A DNA stretch of 64,000 bases from Nitrospirota bacterium (GCA_963698885.1 CAVOSJ010000002.1:369169-433168); one strand, 5' to 3'. Shown: positions 19,977 to 30,277, numbered from the stretch's first letter. Notes: a model not told the origin generated them from the letters alone. Made by a program: numbers and translations.

Positions 19977-21720
19977 TTACGTTAAACATACCCGGCAGGC
20001 CGACGGCTGGTCCGCACGGGACAGCACCTGCTCATTTTTGGAACCGTAACGGTAAACGGTTATGCCCTTGCACCCCAGTTTATACGCGAGGGAATAAATT
20101 TTTCCAACGTCCGAAGGCGTCGCATCCTCCGGCAGGTTGATCGTCTTGGACACGGCGTTATCCGTATATTTCTGGAACTCAGCCTGCATCATCACGTGCC
20201 GCTCCGGCGCTATCTCCAGAGCTGTTTTGAAAACCTCCTTCACCTTTTGCGGCACCCCTGGAAGACCCGACACGCCGCCCTGTCACGTCCAGGTCCTTGA
20301 GCAGGGCCTCCGAATAAAACCCTTCCTTTTTTGCCCTGTCGAAAAAAACGCGGTTGACCTCCCGAAGTTCCGAGCCGTCCAGGACCCTGCGGATGAACGA
20401 GAGCGCAAAAAGAGGCTCGATGCCGCTCGAAGTCCCGGCGATGATGCTTATGGTCCCGGTAGGCGCGACCGTGGTTACGGTGGCGTTCCGCATGTACTTA
20501 AGGCCCTTTTTCTCCCAGGCGCTTCCGGGGAAATTCGGAAAGTTGCCGCGTTCCCGGCCCAACTCGGAGGATTTTGCCACCGCCTCGTCATTGATAAATT
20601 TCATCACTTCCCCGCCTAACTTCAGAGCGTCGTCAGAGTCATACGGGATATCCAGCATTACCAGCATATCGGCAAAGCCCATGACCCCAAGTCCGACCTT
20701 GCGGTTGGCGCGCGTGATGCGCGTTATCTCCGGAAGGGGATAGACGCTTGAGTCTATTACGTTGTCCAGGAACTGCACGCCGTCTCTTACGGCATTTCGA
20801 AGGTCATCCCAGTCCATGCGTCCGTCTACGACGAACCGGCTTAAGTTGACGGAGCCCAGGTTGCAGGACTCGTACGGCAGAAGGGGCTGTTCCCCGCAGG
20901 GGTTGGTCGCCTCTATCACGCCTGCCGCCGGAGTCGGGTTCAGGGCATTTATCCTGTCTATGAAAATCACGCCGGGGTCGCCGGTCTTCCAGGCCATTAA
21001 AGCGATTAAATCCCACATCTCCCGCGCCTTTATTTTTTTTGTCCCCCTGCCGTCCCTGGGGTTTATAAGCGGGTATTCTCCGTCTTCGTCCAGCGCCCGC
21101 ATGAAGTAATCGGGGATGCTGACGGAGAGGTTGAAGTTCCGGAAAGCCCCGTCCTCCTTAGCCCTGACGAACGCCGCTATATCCGGGTGGTCGATGCGCA
21201 GTATCCCCATGTTCGCCCCGCGCCGCCTGCCGCCCTGCTTTATCACCTCCGTCGCCTGGTCGAAAACCCTCATGAAAGACACCGGGCCGGAAGCTACCTC
21301 GCCGGTGGATTTTACGATGTCGTCCTTTGGCCTGAGGCGCGAGAAGGAAAATCCGGTCCCGCCGCCGGACTGGTGGATCCGGGCCATCGCCGAGAGCGCC
21401 CCGAAGATTTTTTTTACGCTGTCTCCGACCGGTATGACAAAGCACGCGGAGTATTGTTTAATCGACGTGCCCGCGTTCATCAGGGTAGGGGAGTTCGGAA
21501 GAAACCTCAACTCAGACATCATACGGTAATAGATTTCGCCGCGTGTAGTTTTTGTGCCGGGCGAGTATCTCTCGTCCGCGACTGCGATAGTCTTTGCCAC
21601 CCTGCGGAAAAGCCCCTCCGGCGTCTCGATAACCCTGCCCGTACGGTTTTTTCTTAAGTACCTTCTCTCCAGCACGCGCAGGGCGTTGTCCGTAAGGCGA
21701 GTCTCGTTATTACCGCTCAA
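19977..21720 (-). CDS. nrdJ: Class II (adenosylcobalamin-dependent) ribonucleotide reductase NrdJ, apparent frameshift near 20180-20273
   Basis: ORF 20179-21720 carries RNR motifs (NPCGEQPL, SCNLGS, PTGT). ORF 19977-20273 holds the continuing C-terminal part (VSKTINLP...GCKGITVYRYGS) in another frame. Confidence 0.85.
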
Positions 21721-22724
21721 AGACCCTCTCCCGCTATACTAGCTCCGCATTCGCATGCGCCGTTTTTTGTATAATTGCCGGTCATCATGTTGCCGTAGCG
21801 GGTGATCAATATCTTGCCGCACCTGGGGCAAAGCGTATCCTCGCCGCCCTGGCCCGGCGCGTTCCCTTCGTAAACGTATTTCAGCCCTTCTTCTATCCCG
21901 ACCCTTCGCGCCATGGACAAGGTGGACAGTGGGGTAGGGGGCTGGTCGGTCAGCTTGTAAGTCGGATAAAAACGGGAGACGTGCCAGGGTATCTCCGGAT
22001 TAATCGAAACGATAAAACGGGCGATGGCGCGAAGCTCTTCCTCCGAATCGTTATGCCCCGGGATTACAAGGGTCGTAAGTTCTATCCATATCCCGGAGTC
22101 GTAGTAATTTTTTATGGACTCCAGTACCAGTTCGAGTTTGGCTCCGCAGACCTTCCTGTAGAACTCCCCGGTAAATCCTTTCAGGTCTATATTGGCCGCG
22201 TCGAGATACGGCCTTATAGTCTTGAGGGCTTCTGGCGTAATGTAGCCGTTCGTGACGAACACGTTCTTTATTCCGGCATCGAACGCGAGCTTTGCCGTAT
22301 CGTATGCCAGCTCGAAGAATACGGTAGGTTCGGTATAGGTATACGCGATGCTCTTGCAGCCGGATTTTAACGCCTCATCCACTATCGACTGAGGTGAGAC
22401 AGGATCTCCGGTTATCGTTTTAGTATCTCTGGGCATCTGGGCGATATCGGCGTTCTGGCAGAAGAGGCACTTGAAATTGCAGCCTGGGGTGGCTATGGAG
22501 TATGAACGGGAGCCTGGGTAGAAATGGAAGAGCGGTTTCTTTTCTATCGGGTCGATATGCCGGGCGATGACCTTGTCGTAAACGAGAGTATAGAGGGCGC
22601 CGTCCCTGTTTTCCCGGACCTGGCATACGCCCTTTGAGCCTTCAGGGATTTTGCACCGGTGTCCGCATAGAAAGCAGTAGACTTTTTTATCTTCGAGCGG
22701 CTCCCACAGAGAAGCCTGTTTCAT
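21717..22724 (-). CDS. Radical SAM enzyme (AmmeMemoRadiSam-system-like / PFL-activase-like)
   Basis: CNFKCLFCQN radical-SAM cluster motif. N-terminal Cys-rich stretch CFLCGHRC...GVCQVR and C-terminal CPRCG...CECG. 4-nt overlap with the nrdJ start. Confidence 0.7.
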   Translation of the reverse strand: MKQASLWEPLEDKKVYCFLCGHRCKIPEGSKGVCQVRENRDGALYTLVYDKVIARHIDPIEKKPLFHFYPGSRSYSIATPGCNFKCLFCQNADIAQMPRDTKTITGDPVSPQSIVDEALKSGCKSIAYTYTEPTVFFELAYDTAKLAFDAGIKNVFVTNGYITPEALKTIRPYLDAANIDLKGFTGEFYRKVCGAKLELVLESIKNYYDSGIWIELTTLVIPGHNDSEEELRAIARFIVSINPEIPWHVSRFYPTYKLTDQPPTPLSTLSMARRVGIEEGLKYVYEGNAPGQGGEDTLCPRCGKILITRYGNMMTGNYTKNGACECGASIAGEGL

Positions 22725-22743
22725 GAGAGGCCTCCCGGCCGCC

Positions 22744-23513
22744 TTATCCCATTACCCTTCCGCCGTCGACGGAGATGTTTGCGCCGGTAACGAAGCGGCC
22801 AAGGTCGGAGCAGAAAAAAAGGGCCGCCCCCGCTATGTCCTGGGGTTGGGCGAGCCTTCCAAGCGGCGTCGATTCCTTTATCGCCTGGAGCACTGATTCG
22901 TTGGTATAAGGGGCCTCCTCCGTCAGGACAAAGCCGGGCGAAACCATGTTGACTGTAATCCCCCACGGTCCCGCTTCAGCGGCCAGATTCCTTGTGAAGC
23001 CCAAAGAGCGACCCCATAGCCGAAGTGAGGGCGCTGTAGCCTTTTATGGGCTGCAGGAGCATGTTGTTCCCTATATTTACTATCCTGCCCCAGCCTCGCG
23101 ACTTCATCTTGCCGGTTACCCGCCTGGACAAGTAAAACGCGGGGCGCAGGATGCTGTCTATATGGTCCTGGTGCTCTTCCCAGGCAGACCTCGGGAAACA
23201 TGTTCCTGATAATGCGCCCATGGGCGTTGTTAACCAATATGTCCACGCCGCCGAAAGCATTTTCAGCTTCCGATATCAGCATATCGGCCCCTTCTTCGGC
23301 GGACACGTCCGCCTTGACTGAAATGGCCGAAGGGTTTATCTCCCTGAGCGCGGCGAGAGCGGTTACGCCCCTTTCCTCGTTAGAGAGGTAGTTGATGGCC
23401 ACGTTCGCCCCGGCTGCCGCCAGGGCCGATGCTATCGCAAAGCCTACCCCGCGCGAGGAGCCGGAGATTACGGCGTTTTTCCCGGCAAGCGAAAGACTAT
23501 AGCCTGATGTCAT
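22744..23513 (-). CDS. SDR family oxidoreductase (FabG-like), two apparent frameshifts
   Basis: Three consecutive ORF pieces: N-terminal GKNAVISGSSRGVGFAIA (Rossmann), a middle piece with the YxxxK region, and a C-terminal piece ...GANISVDGG. Confidence 0.65.
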
Positions 23514-24304
23514 GCCGCCGCGTCAACCTGCGAATATACAGTCTCGTTCTTAAACGCCCTTATCAGGCGCACGGTCCGCATCGTCTCCTTGTCCAGCGCG
23601 TCCACGTATGCAGACCACAACCCAAGGCCTGCCAGCATGGCGAGATAGGTGCTGTTTATCGCCGGACGCACACTCTTGTCCGACCCTGCGGAGATGTTCG
23701 AGAGCCAGCATGTGGTCCTGAGCGGCGGATCGACAAGCTCGCTTAAACCGTAAAGGGTCTGCTGTACCGCCACGGCCTGCTCCTGTCCGCGCACGTTTCC
23801 CGCTATGTGCAGGACCATCGGGTCCACGATAAGCCGATTGTTGGAAATCCCGACGGAATTGGCCTTCTCAATCAGGTCTTCGATTATCGCCAGCCGCTCG
23901 TCCGCGTCCGCGGGGATCCCTTTGCGGACAGGATAAATGACGAGGTCCGCGCCCGCCGTCTCCGCAAGACGCAGAATACCGTCCATCTCCTTTACCCGCT
24001 GGTAATCGGCGGAAAAGTAATTGACGATAATCTTTTTTCCCGCGGCGCCCGCGGCGATTTCCTGGGCTTTCGGGTTTCTGCTGTCTATGGAAAGCGGCAG
24101 GCCCGCGTCGCGCGCGCCGAGCACCGCCGTCTTCATGTATTTTTCGTCTCCGTCCCCGTCAAGGCTCAGGCTGATATTAAGCATATCCGCCCCCGCATCC
24201 TTCAGGGCAAGGGCCTGACCTGCTATCCAATCCGTATTGCCGGTCCTGGCGGCGGATATAAACTCGCGGTTTTTGAAGCTCAGGTTACTCGCTATAGCAA
24301 ACAT
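23510..24304 (-). CDS. Pterin-binding (DHPS-like) domain protein, possible methyl-THF:corrinoid methyltransferase
   Basis: 264 aa TIM-barrel-like pattern resembling dihydropteroate synthase / AcsE-MtrH pterin-binding proteins. Assignment is moderate. Confidence 0.5.
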   Translation of the reverse strand: MFAIASNLSFKNREFISAARTGNTDWIAGQALALKDAGADMLNISLSLDGDGDEKYMKTAVLGARDAGLPLSIDSRNPKAQEIAAGAAGKKIIVNYFSADYQRVKEMDGILRLAETAGADLVIYPVRKGIPADADERLAIIEDLIEKANSVGISNNRLIVDPMVLHIAGNVRGQEQAVAVQQTLYGLSELVDPPLRTTCWLSNISAGSDKSVRPAINSTYLAMLAGLGLWSAYVDALDKETMRTVRLIRAFKNETVYSQVDAAA

Positions 24305-24331
24305 AACCTGCCTCCTTTCAATTGGCGGCGG

Positions 24332-24550
24332 TCAAACGTTGATAACCTCCGTCACCTCAGGCAATTCTTCCTTTATTGCGCGCTCCACGCCCATTTTGAG
24401 CGTCATCTGGGACATCGGGCAGCTTCCGCAGGCCCCGACCAGGCGCACTTTCACTACGGTGCCCTCAACGCCTATAAGCTCCACGTTCCCACCGTCCGCC
24501 TGGAGATGAGGCCTTATTTTATCCAGTATCGCTTCCACTTTTTCTCTCAT
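24332..24550 (-). CDS. NifU-like (Nfu) Fe-S cluster scaffold domain protein
   Basis: GACGSCPMSQMTLK motif characteristic of the NifU C-terminal domain. Confidence 0.8.
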   Translation of the reverse strand: MREKVEAILDKIRPHLQADGGNVELIGVEGTVVKVRLVGACGSCPMSQMTLKMGVERAIKEELPEVTEVINV

Positions 24551-24570
24551 CGATATTTGCTCCTGTTCTT

Positions 24571-24687
24571 TTAGTCGATTTTAACCATCGGTTCGCCGCA
24601 GCAGACAAGCTCTCCTGCCCCGCTTTCAATCACCTTCACCACTTGTCCGCATATTTCGCACTTATACGTCTTTCCCCCTTCGGCCAT
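24571..24687 (-). CDS. Desulforedoxin (38 aa, not in the ORF track)
   Basis: Hand translation gives MAEGGKTYKCEICGQVVKVIESGAGELVCCGEPMVKID. The CxxC...CC pattern and length match desulforedoxin. Confidence 0.65.
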   Translation of the reverse strand: MAEGGKTYKCEICGQVVKVIESGAGELVCCGEPMVKID

Positions 24688-24767
24688 CTCGTTCCTCCTT
24701 TTAAAAATAGCGAGATATACACTACGTCTGTTTCAATTATATCATAAGCTATGGTTTTGGCGGGCTT

Positions 24768-25076
24768 TTAATCGGGCGTATCCAATACCTTAAGCGCCGC
24801 CTGGAGGCATTCTACTACGCCGTTTATGCCTGAAACGGGCAGGGGAGTGAGTATCGCCTCCAGTACCTCTTCCCGGCTAGCCCCGGCTTTAAGCGCCTGC
24901 GGGACGTGCGCGGCAACTCCCGGCGGGTAGTTCTGCGCCGTCATCGCGCCGATAAGTATCAGCTGCTTCGTCTTAACATCCAGCGCGGGCGCGTCGATGA
25001 CCGACTTGAAAAGGTCAAGATATGCCTTGCCGGCGTCGGGAAAATTAGTCAGGAAATCTTTAAATTCTTTGGACAT
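24768..25076 (-). CDS. Carboxymuconolactone decarboxylase (AhpD-like) family protein
   Basis: Start trimmed to MSKEFKDFL. CMD-family pattern. Coordinates follow the ORF track (my line count is off by one here). Confidence 0.65.
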   Translation of the reverse strand: MSKEFKDFLTNFPDAGKAYLDLFKSVIDAPALDVKTKQLILIGAMTAQNYPPGVAAHVPQALKAGASREEVLEAILTPLPVSGINGVVECLQAALKVLDTPD

Positions 25077-25083
25077 GAAAACC

Positions 25084-25767
25084 TCATAACGCCGCGCCAT
25101 GCTTCTGCATGAACTCCTCTACTATGGCCACGCCGGATGACGTCCCTATACGCTCCGCTCCGGCCTGTACCATCTTGCAAAGCGTATCGAGGTCCCGGAT
25201 GCCGCCCGACGCCTTTATCTTCGCCTTGCCGATTGCCCCGGCCTTCATTATCATGACGTCCGCGGGAGACGCGCCGCGTGAGCCGAATCCGGTAGAAGTC
25301 TTTACGAACTCCGCGCCGACCTCAGCCGAAAGCCTCGCCGCGCCGGCCTTCTCCGCGTCCGTGAGATAGCATGTCTCGATTATAACCTTATGCACCACGC
25401 CCGGAGTCAGGAGTATAAAATCCTTGAGCTGCCGCGCCACCGCCTCGAACTCCCCGGCCTTGAAAAGCCCCACGTTCATCACGACGTCCAGTTCCTGGGC
25501 GCCGGTGCGGACCGCCTCGACACCTTCCATTACCTTCATGGCCGTGGTGCCGGAGCCCAGGGGGAAGTCGATTACACAGCAGACAGTTACGCCCGTGCCC
25601 CGGAGCTTTTCCGCCGCGCGCGAGACGTAGCAGGGGTTTACGCAGACGGAATGAAACGAGTAATGCATGGCCTCGTCGCAAAGCCTGTCCACGTCCGCCG
25701 GGGCCGCTGTCGGGGAGAGCAGGGTATGGTCGATTATCTGGGCCAGCTCTATCGCGTTCTCAAACAA
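25084..25767 (-). CDS. deoC: Deoxyribose-phosphate aldolase
   Basis: 227 aa with DeoC motifs (VCVNP, active-site Lys in GAEFVKTSTGF, GGIR). Confidence 0.85.
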   Translation of the reverse strand: MFENAIELAQIIDHTLLSPTAAPADVDRLCDEAMHYSFHSVCVNPCYVSRAAEKLRGTGVTVCCVIDFPLGSGTTAMKVMEGVEAVRTGAQELDVVMNVGLFKAGEFEAVARQLKDFILLTPGVVHKVIIETCYLTDAEKAGAARLSAEVGAEFVKTSTGFGSRGASPADVMIMKAGAIGKAKIKASGGIRDLDTLCKMVQAGAERIGTSSGVAIVEEFMQKHGAAL

Positions 25768-26609
25768 CGGAGCACCTCTTGCTTGTACGCCTCCGAGAGC
25801 ATTTTCGTCACCTTGCCCGGAGGGCCGATTTCGTTACCGCCCACCTCCTTGACAGGCATTATCTCCATCGTGGTATTCGTTATGAAAACCTCGTCCGCCT
25901 CCCCGAGGGCCGCCTCCGTGAACAGCTCCTCGTAAACGGTGATGCCAAGAGTCTTCGCTAATCGAAGCACGAGGTCGCGCGTTACACCTTCGAGTATCCC
26001 CGCGATGAGGGGCGGGGTCGTCAGGACTCCGTCTTTTACCATGAATATGTTGGAGATGGTGCCCTCGGCTATAAAATTGGCGTGGTTCAGCATTATCCCC
26101 TCGAACGCCCCCGCGCGCTTGGCCTCCATCTTCGCGAAGATGTTGTTCAGGAAATTTGTGGACTTTATGGCCGGGTTAAGCGTCTCCGGGTGTATCCTCC
26201 GTGTTTCCACGACGGCAATTTTGACCCCATCCTGGTAGAACTCCCTCCGGTAGTCGAAGAACTGCTTCGCGATTATCACGAAAGTGGGGGTGGGGCAAAG
26301 CTCCGGGTCCAGGCCGATCTCGCCGGGGCCGCGCGATACGCTGACGCGGATATAGGCGTCTTTGAGGCCGTTTCTGGACAATGTATCGTATATCGCGCGC
26401 CTGATGCCGTCTTCGTCCATCAGCAGGGCCATCTCCATCATGTCCGCCGACTGCTTCAGCCGCGCCAGGTGCTCGATCAGCTTGAAGACCATGCCGTCGT
26501 ATGAGCGCAGGGTCTCGTAAATTCCGTCGCCATATAAATATCCGTGGTCGAATACGGAAACTTTTGCCTCTTCCTTAGGATAGAACGCGCCGTTTATGTA
26601 GATTTGCAT
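25749..26609 (-). CDS. pabC: Class IV aminotransferase; aminodeoxychorismate lyase candidate
   Basis: Fold-type IV PLP enzyme motifs (NGxF, GDGxYET, catalytic Lys region). Immediately downstream of a chorismate-utilising enzyme. Confidence 0.65.
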   Translation of the reverse strand: MQIYINGAFYPKEEAKVSVFDHGYLYGDGIYETLRSYDGMVFKLIEHLARLKQSADMMEMALLMDEDGIRRAIYDTLSRNGLKDAYIRVSVSRGPGEIGLDPELCPTPTFVIIAKQFFDYRREFYQDGVKIAVVETRRIHPETLNPAIKSTNFLNNIFAKMEAKRAGAFEGIMLNHANFIAEGTISNIFMVKDGVLTTPPLIAGILEGVTRDLVLRLAKTLGITVYEELFTEAALGEADEVFITNTTMEIMPVKEVGGNEIGPPGKVTKMLSEAYKQEVLRCLRTR

Positions 26610-28106
26610 TTATAGCCTCTCCAGCGTCTTTACCAGCGCCTCCGCCTTGTTTAGCGTCTCGTAGTACTCCCGCTCAGGGTCGGAATCGGCCACTATACCC
26701 GCGCCCACCTGGACATATGCCTTATTATCTTTTATCACAAAAGTGCGGATTATGATATTTAAGTCCATGTTGCCGTTATAGCCGATGTATCCCACCGAGC
26801 CGGTGTACGGGCCTCTTGCAACCGGCTCCAGCTCGTCTATTATTTCCATGCAGCGCACCTTTGGCACGCCCGTAATCGTTCCGCCGGGGAATGTCGCCCG
26901 TATGACGTCGAACGCGTCTTTGCCCTCAGCCAGCCTGCCCGTAACGTTTGAGACGATGTGTATGACGTGGGAGTAATCCTCCGTAACCATCAGCTCGTCC
27001 ACATGCACGGTCCCGTAATCGCAGACCCTGCCCATGTCGTTTCGCTCCAGGTCGATCAGCATTATATGCTCCGCGCGCTCCTTCTCGTTTAACAGAAGCT
27101 CCGAGCGCATGGCCTCGTCCCCGTCCATGTCCCGGCCCCTCGGCCTGGTCCCCGCGATGGGACGGGTATCCACTTTGCCGTTTTCCAGCCGGACGAGCCG
27201 CTCCGGAGACGAGCTTATTATCTTCACGTCCCGGAAGTCCAGGTAGCAGGCGAAAGGCGAGGGATTGACCTCCCTTAGCACCCGGTATATGTCATACGGG
27301 TGGATCCCTTCCACGTCCGCCGATAGCCGCTGAGAGAGGTTCGCCTGGAAAATGTCCCCGGCGGCGATATATTCCTTCGCGCGGCGTACCATCTGCTCGT
27401 AATCATTTTTGGACATCAGCGGCTCAGCGGGTCCCGCGCCGGGACGGGCGGACTTATCCGTCCTTTCAGGTGTCCCGCTCAGGATACGCTCCTCCAGTTC
27501 CCGCATCCTTACGACGGTTTTATCGTAGATTTCAGGCCACCGGCCGGCCTCCGGGCTTGCATATCCCAGGCCCCGTTCCGCCGCGCCGGGATTGGCGATT
27601 ATAAAGAATTTTCCTTCGACATGGTCGTATGCCGCGAGCAGGTCTATGAATATGAAATGCGCGTCGGGGATTTTAAGGTCGTCTTCCGCATGGGAAGGGA
27701 TATTTTCAAAGTTATGTACGAAGTCATAGGAAATAAACCCGACACAACCGCCGGTAAACGGCGGGAGGCCGGGGACTTGTTCAAGGCGGTAGCCGGACAT
27801 CAGTTCCCGAAGCTTCGCAAGCGGCGGACGGGAAGCGACGGAGCGCCTGCCGTCCCGGGTTATCTCCACCTGATTTCCCTTGCACCGGAATGACATGTAA
27901 GGGTTCGAGCCCATGAAGGAGTACCTGCCGGTGCCCTTGCTTATCCGCGCGGACTCGAGCAGATACGGCTCCCTGTCATCAAGCAGTGCACGGAAAGCGG
28001 AGGCGGGGTCGAAGCCTGGAAGCTCCCGCATAAAGTAAAGGGGCTTTATAAGCCCCTTGTCCGCGTCCTTCAGAAAATCGTCTTGAGATTGAAGGCTCGT
28101 CGTCAT
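26610..28106 (-). CDS. pabB: Aminodeoxychorismate synthase component I (chorismate-binding enzyme family)
   Basis: PIAGTRPRG, SPERLV and GGxxTGxPK-like chorismate-binding motifs. Adjacent to pabC. TrpE or MenF paralog not excluded. Confidence 0.65.
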   Translation of the reverse strand: MTTSLQSQDDFLKDADKGLIKPLYFMRELPGFDPASAFRALLDDREPYLLESARISKGTGRYSFMGSNPYMSFRCKGNQVEITRDGRRSVASRPPLAKLRELMSGYRLEQVPGLPPFTGGCVGFISYDFVHNFENIPSHAEDDLKIPDAHFIFIDLLAAYDHVEGKFFIIANPGAAERGLGYASPEAGRWPEIYDKTVVRMRELEERILSGTPERTDKSARPGAGPAEPLMSKNDYEQMVRRAKEYIAAGDIFQANLSQRLSADVEGIHPYDIYRVLREVNPSPFACYLDFRDVKIISSSPERLVRLENGKVDTRPIAGTRPRGRDMDGDEAMRSELLLNEKERAEHIMLIDLERNDMGRVCDYGTVHVDELMVTEDYSHVIHIVSNVTGRLAEGKDAFDVIRATFPGGTITGVPKVRCMEIIDELEPVARGPYTGSVGYIGYNGNMDLNIIIRTFVIKDNKAYVQVGAGIVADSDPEREYYETLNKAEALVKTLERL

Positions 28107-28693
28107 TTATTTTTTTTAAGGTCCCTGCTTCCGGGCTTTACAAACGGGATTCCCTGGGCGCAGAGCGGGCAGTCTTTGGGCTGGTGGATATCTATGGTGA
28201 GCGTGACCAGGGCCTTGTAAGCGACGTCCAGTTCCGCAGTCCCGCCGCTCCTGTCTATAATCGCACCCGCCGCCGCGACTATCCCGCCGGCTTCCCTGAC
28301 AACGCGAATCGTCTCACGCGTGGAGCCGCCGGTGGTAATAACGTCCTCCACCACAAGCGCCCTTTCGCCTTCTGCTATTGAGAAGCCGCGCCGCAAGGTA
28401 AGCTTCCCGTCCACCCTTTCCGCGAAAATGGCCCGAACTCCCAGCGACTTCGCCACTTCCTGCGCCACAATTATACCGCCAAGCGCCGGCGCGATTACAA
28501 AATCAATCTTCTCGGAACGGAAATTGCTCCCAAGCTTGAAGCACAGCTCGGTTGCGATGTCCGGGTACTGGAGAACCAGTGCGCACTGCAGGTACACTGG
28601 ACTGTGTATGCCCGACGAAAGCAGAAAATGCCCCTCCAACAGGGCGCCTTTCTGCCTGAATATCTGAAGAACTTCATCGTTTTGTCCGCTCAA
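28103..28693 (-). CDS. pyrE: Orotate phosphoribosyltransferase
   Basis: PRPP-binding motif VVEDVITTGGS in a 196-aa PyrE-like protein. Confidence 0.85.
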   Translation of the reverse strand: MSGQNDEVLQIFRQKGALLEGHFLLSSGIHSPVYLQCALVLQYPDIATELCFKLGSNFRSEKIDFVIAPALGGIIVAQEVAKSLGVRAIFAERVDGKLTLRRGFSIAEGERALVVEDVITTGGSTRETIRVVREAGGIVAAAGAIIDRSGGTAELDVAYKALVTLTIDIHQPKDCPLCAQGIPFVKPGSRDLKKNK

Positions 28694-29061
28694 ACTTTAG
28701 CCTCCGGTTTCCTTACCAGTTGGTCGATAGTATCCAGCATGTCCTTTATTTTTACGGGCTTTGACAATATTTTCTCAACCAGCCCCGTCAACGATTTATC
28801 TTCCATTCCAACGTCCCAGCCCGAAAGAAGCACTACCGGGACCTTAGGGTCCTTTTCCTTGATCGCCCGCGCCAGGTCCCAGCCCGAAGGGCCGGGCAGG
28901 CCCAGGTCGGTAATGACTATATCGGGCCTTTCCCGTTCGAATATCTTTATCCCTTCCGGCGCGTCAGCCGCCATCAGGACCTTATGTCCAAAATTTTCCA
29001 GTATCTTAACAAGGGCTTGCCTTACGCTCTCTTCATCTTCAACAATGAGGACCTTAGGCAC
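28690..29061 (-). CDS. Single-domain response regulator (CheY-like receiver)
   Basis: Acidic pocket DE...D (IVITDLGLPG) and conserved Lys. GTG start. Confidence 0.8.
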   Translation of the reverse strand: MPKVLIVEDEESVRQALVKILENFGHKVLMAADAPEGIKIFERERPDIVITDLGLPGPSGWDLARAIKEKDPKVPVVLLSGWDVGMEDKSLTGLVEKILSKPVKIKDMLDTIDQLVRKPEAKV

Positions 29062-29103
29062 TCGCTACCTCCAGGAAAAGTCGTTACCAGCCTGCTCCCT
29101 CCG

Positions 29104-29402
29104 CTATTTGAACCCCACCTCCATGTAAGGGCCTCCGACCCTTGCGGGCGTCCCCGTATAACGTGAACTGCGATATTACCATAAGCTCACCCTTCAAGTC
29201 CAGTAGGCTTAAGTTAAATTTTCCATCCTCGTCCTCGAATATCCGCAGATTTACCACCTTATCCAGAAGGTAAGCGGCATCCTCTTCGGTGTCGTCCTTG
29301 CCAACGCCAAGAAAGACGAGTAATCCCGCTTCGGTTTCGCCGGGCGACCTCAGAATTTACTTTAACTTTCGATTCCCTTATCCGCTGGACCACCGCCCGC
29401 AT
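29104..29402 (-). pseudogene. dtd: D-aminoacyl-tRNA deacylase, frameshifted and C-terminally truncated
   Basis: [20 protein letters not shown], then a frame change near 29330 (cccgg run), then [21 protein letters not shown]...[15 protein letters not shown]. Lacks the last ~35 aa including the (N)DGPVT motif. Confidence 0.5.
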
Positions 29403-29411
29403 AAATAGCCT

Positions 29412-30176
29412 TTAGTAGTATCTCTTGTCCATCAAATACTTTGGTTTTAAATTCCCCAGCGCCGCAAGGAGGTTGTCCTTTATACCGGGCTCCATCTCTT
29501 CCAGGGTGCCCAGAAGCGATTTTATCTTACGCCTTTTATGGCCGGAGCCCTGGCACACCGGACAGCCGCAGCCGATTACGGGTATTTCCGCCTCCTCCAC
29601 AAACGCAGACGTCTCTCTCTCGAATACGTAGCAGAGCGGCCTGATTACCACGTTCAACCCGTCTTCAGCCAGAAGCCTGGGCGGCATCGACCTAAGCTCC
29701 CCGTTATACAGCGCACTCATCAGGAGGGTCTCTATCAAGTCGTCGGCATGGTGGCCGAGGGCGATCTTCGTGCAGCCTTTCTCCTGGGCGATTCGATAAA
29801 GTACACCGCGCCGGAGCCTTGCGCAAAAAGAGCAGTAGCCTTCCTCCTGTTCGCCCTTTTTCTCCCTTATTACATTAAAGATATTGGACTTTTCGATATG
29901 ATACTGGAAACCCAGAGAGGACAGCCTCTCCTCGACCATGTCCGAGGAGAATCCCGGAAACCCCGGATTTATGCACACTGCCAGTAGCGAGAAATCTATA
30001 GGGGCCTTCTTGCGGAGCGCGTCCAGCGCATGCAGGAGCGTCCATGAGTCCTTGCCGCCCGACAGGGCGACCATGACGCGATCCCCGTCCGAAATCAGAC
30101 CGAAATCGCCGATGGCCCGGCCAGTTTTCCTGACGATATTTCTCCAAGTCCTGCTCAAGATGAATAAAATTAACAT
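29412..30176 (-). CDS. ttcA: tRNA 2-thiocytidine biosynthesis protein TtcA (PP-loop ATPase)
   Basis: SGGKDS PP-loop and CSFC...CGCPVC cysteine clusters. Start trimmed to the second Met. Confidence 0.8.
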   Translation of the reverse strand: MLILFILSRTWRNIVRKTGRAIGDFGLISDGDRVMVALSGGKDSWTLLHALDALRKKAPIDFSLLAVCINPGFPGFSSDMVEERLSSLGFQYHIEKSNIFNVIREKKGEQEEGYCSFCARLRRGVLYRIAQEKGCTKIALGHHADDLIETLLMSALYNGELRSMPPRLLAEDGLNVVIRPLCYVFERETSAFVEEAEIPVIGCGCPVCQGSGHKRRKIKSLLGTLEEMEPGIKDNLLAALGNLKPKYLMDKRYY

Positions 30177-30277
30177 TTTGGGACGCCTGTTGTCAAGAAA
30201 AGCACGCTCAATGTAAAAAATTTTTTTAAAAATCACTCAAAAATAAAAAAATTATATTATAATAAAATCAGGACTCT

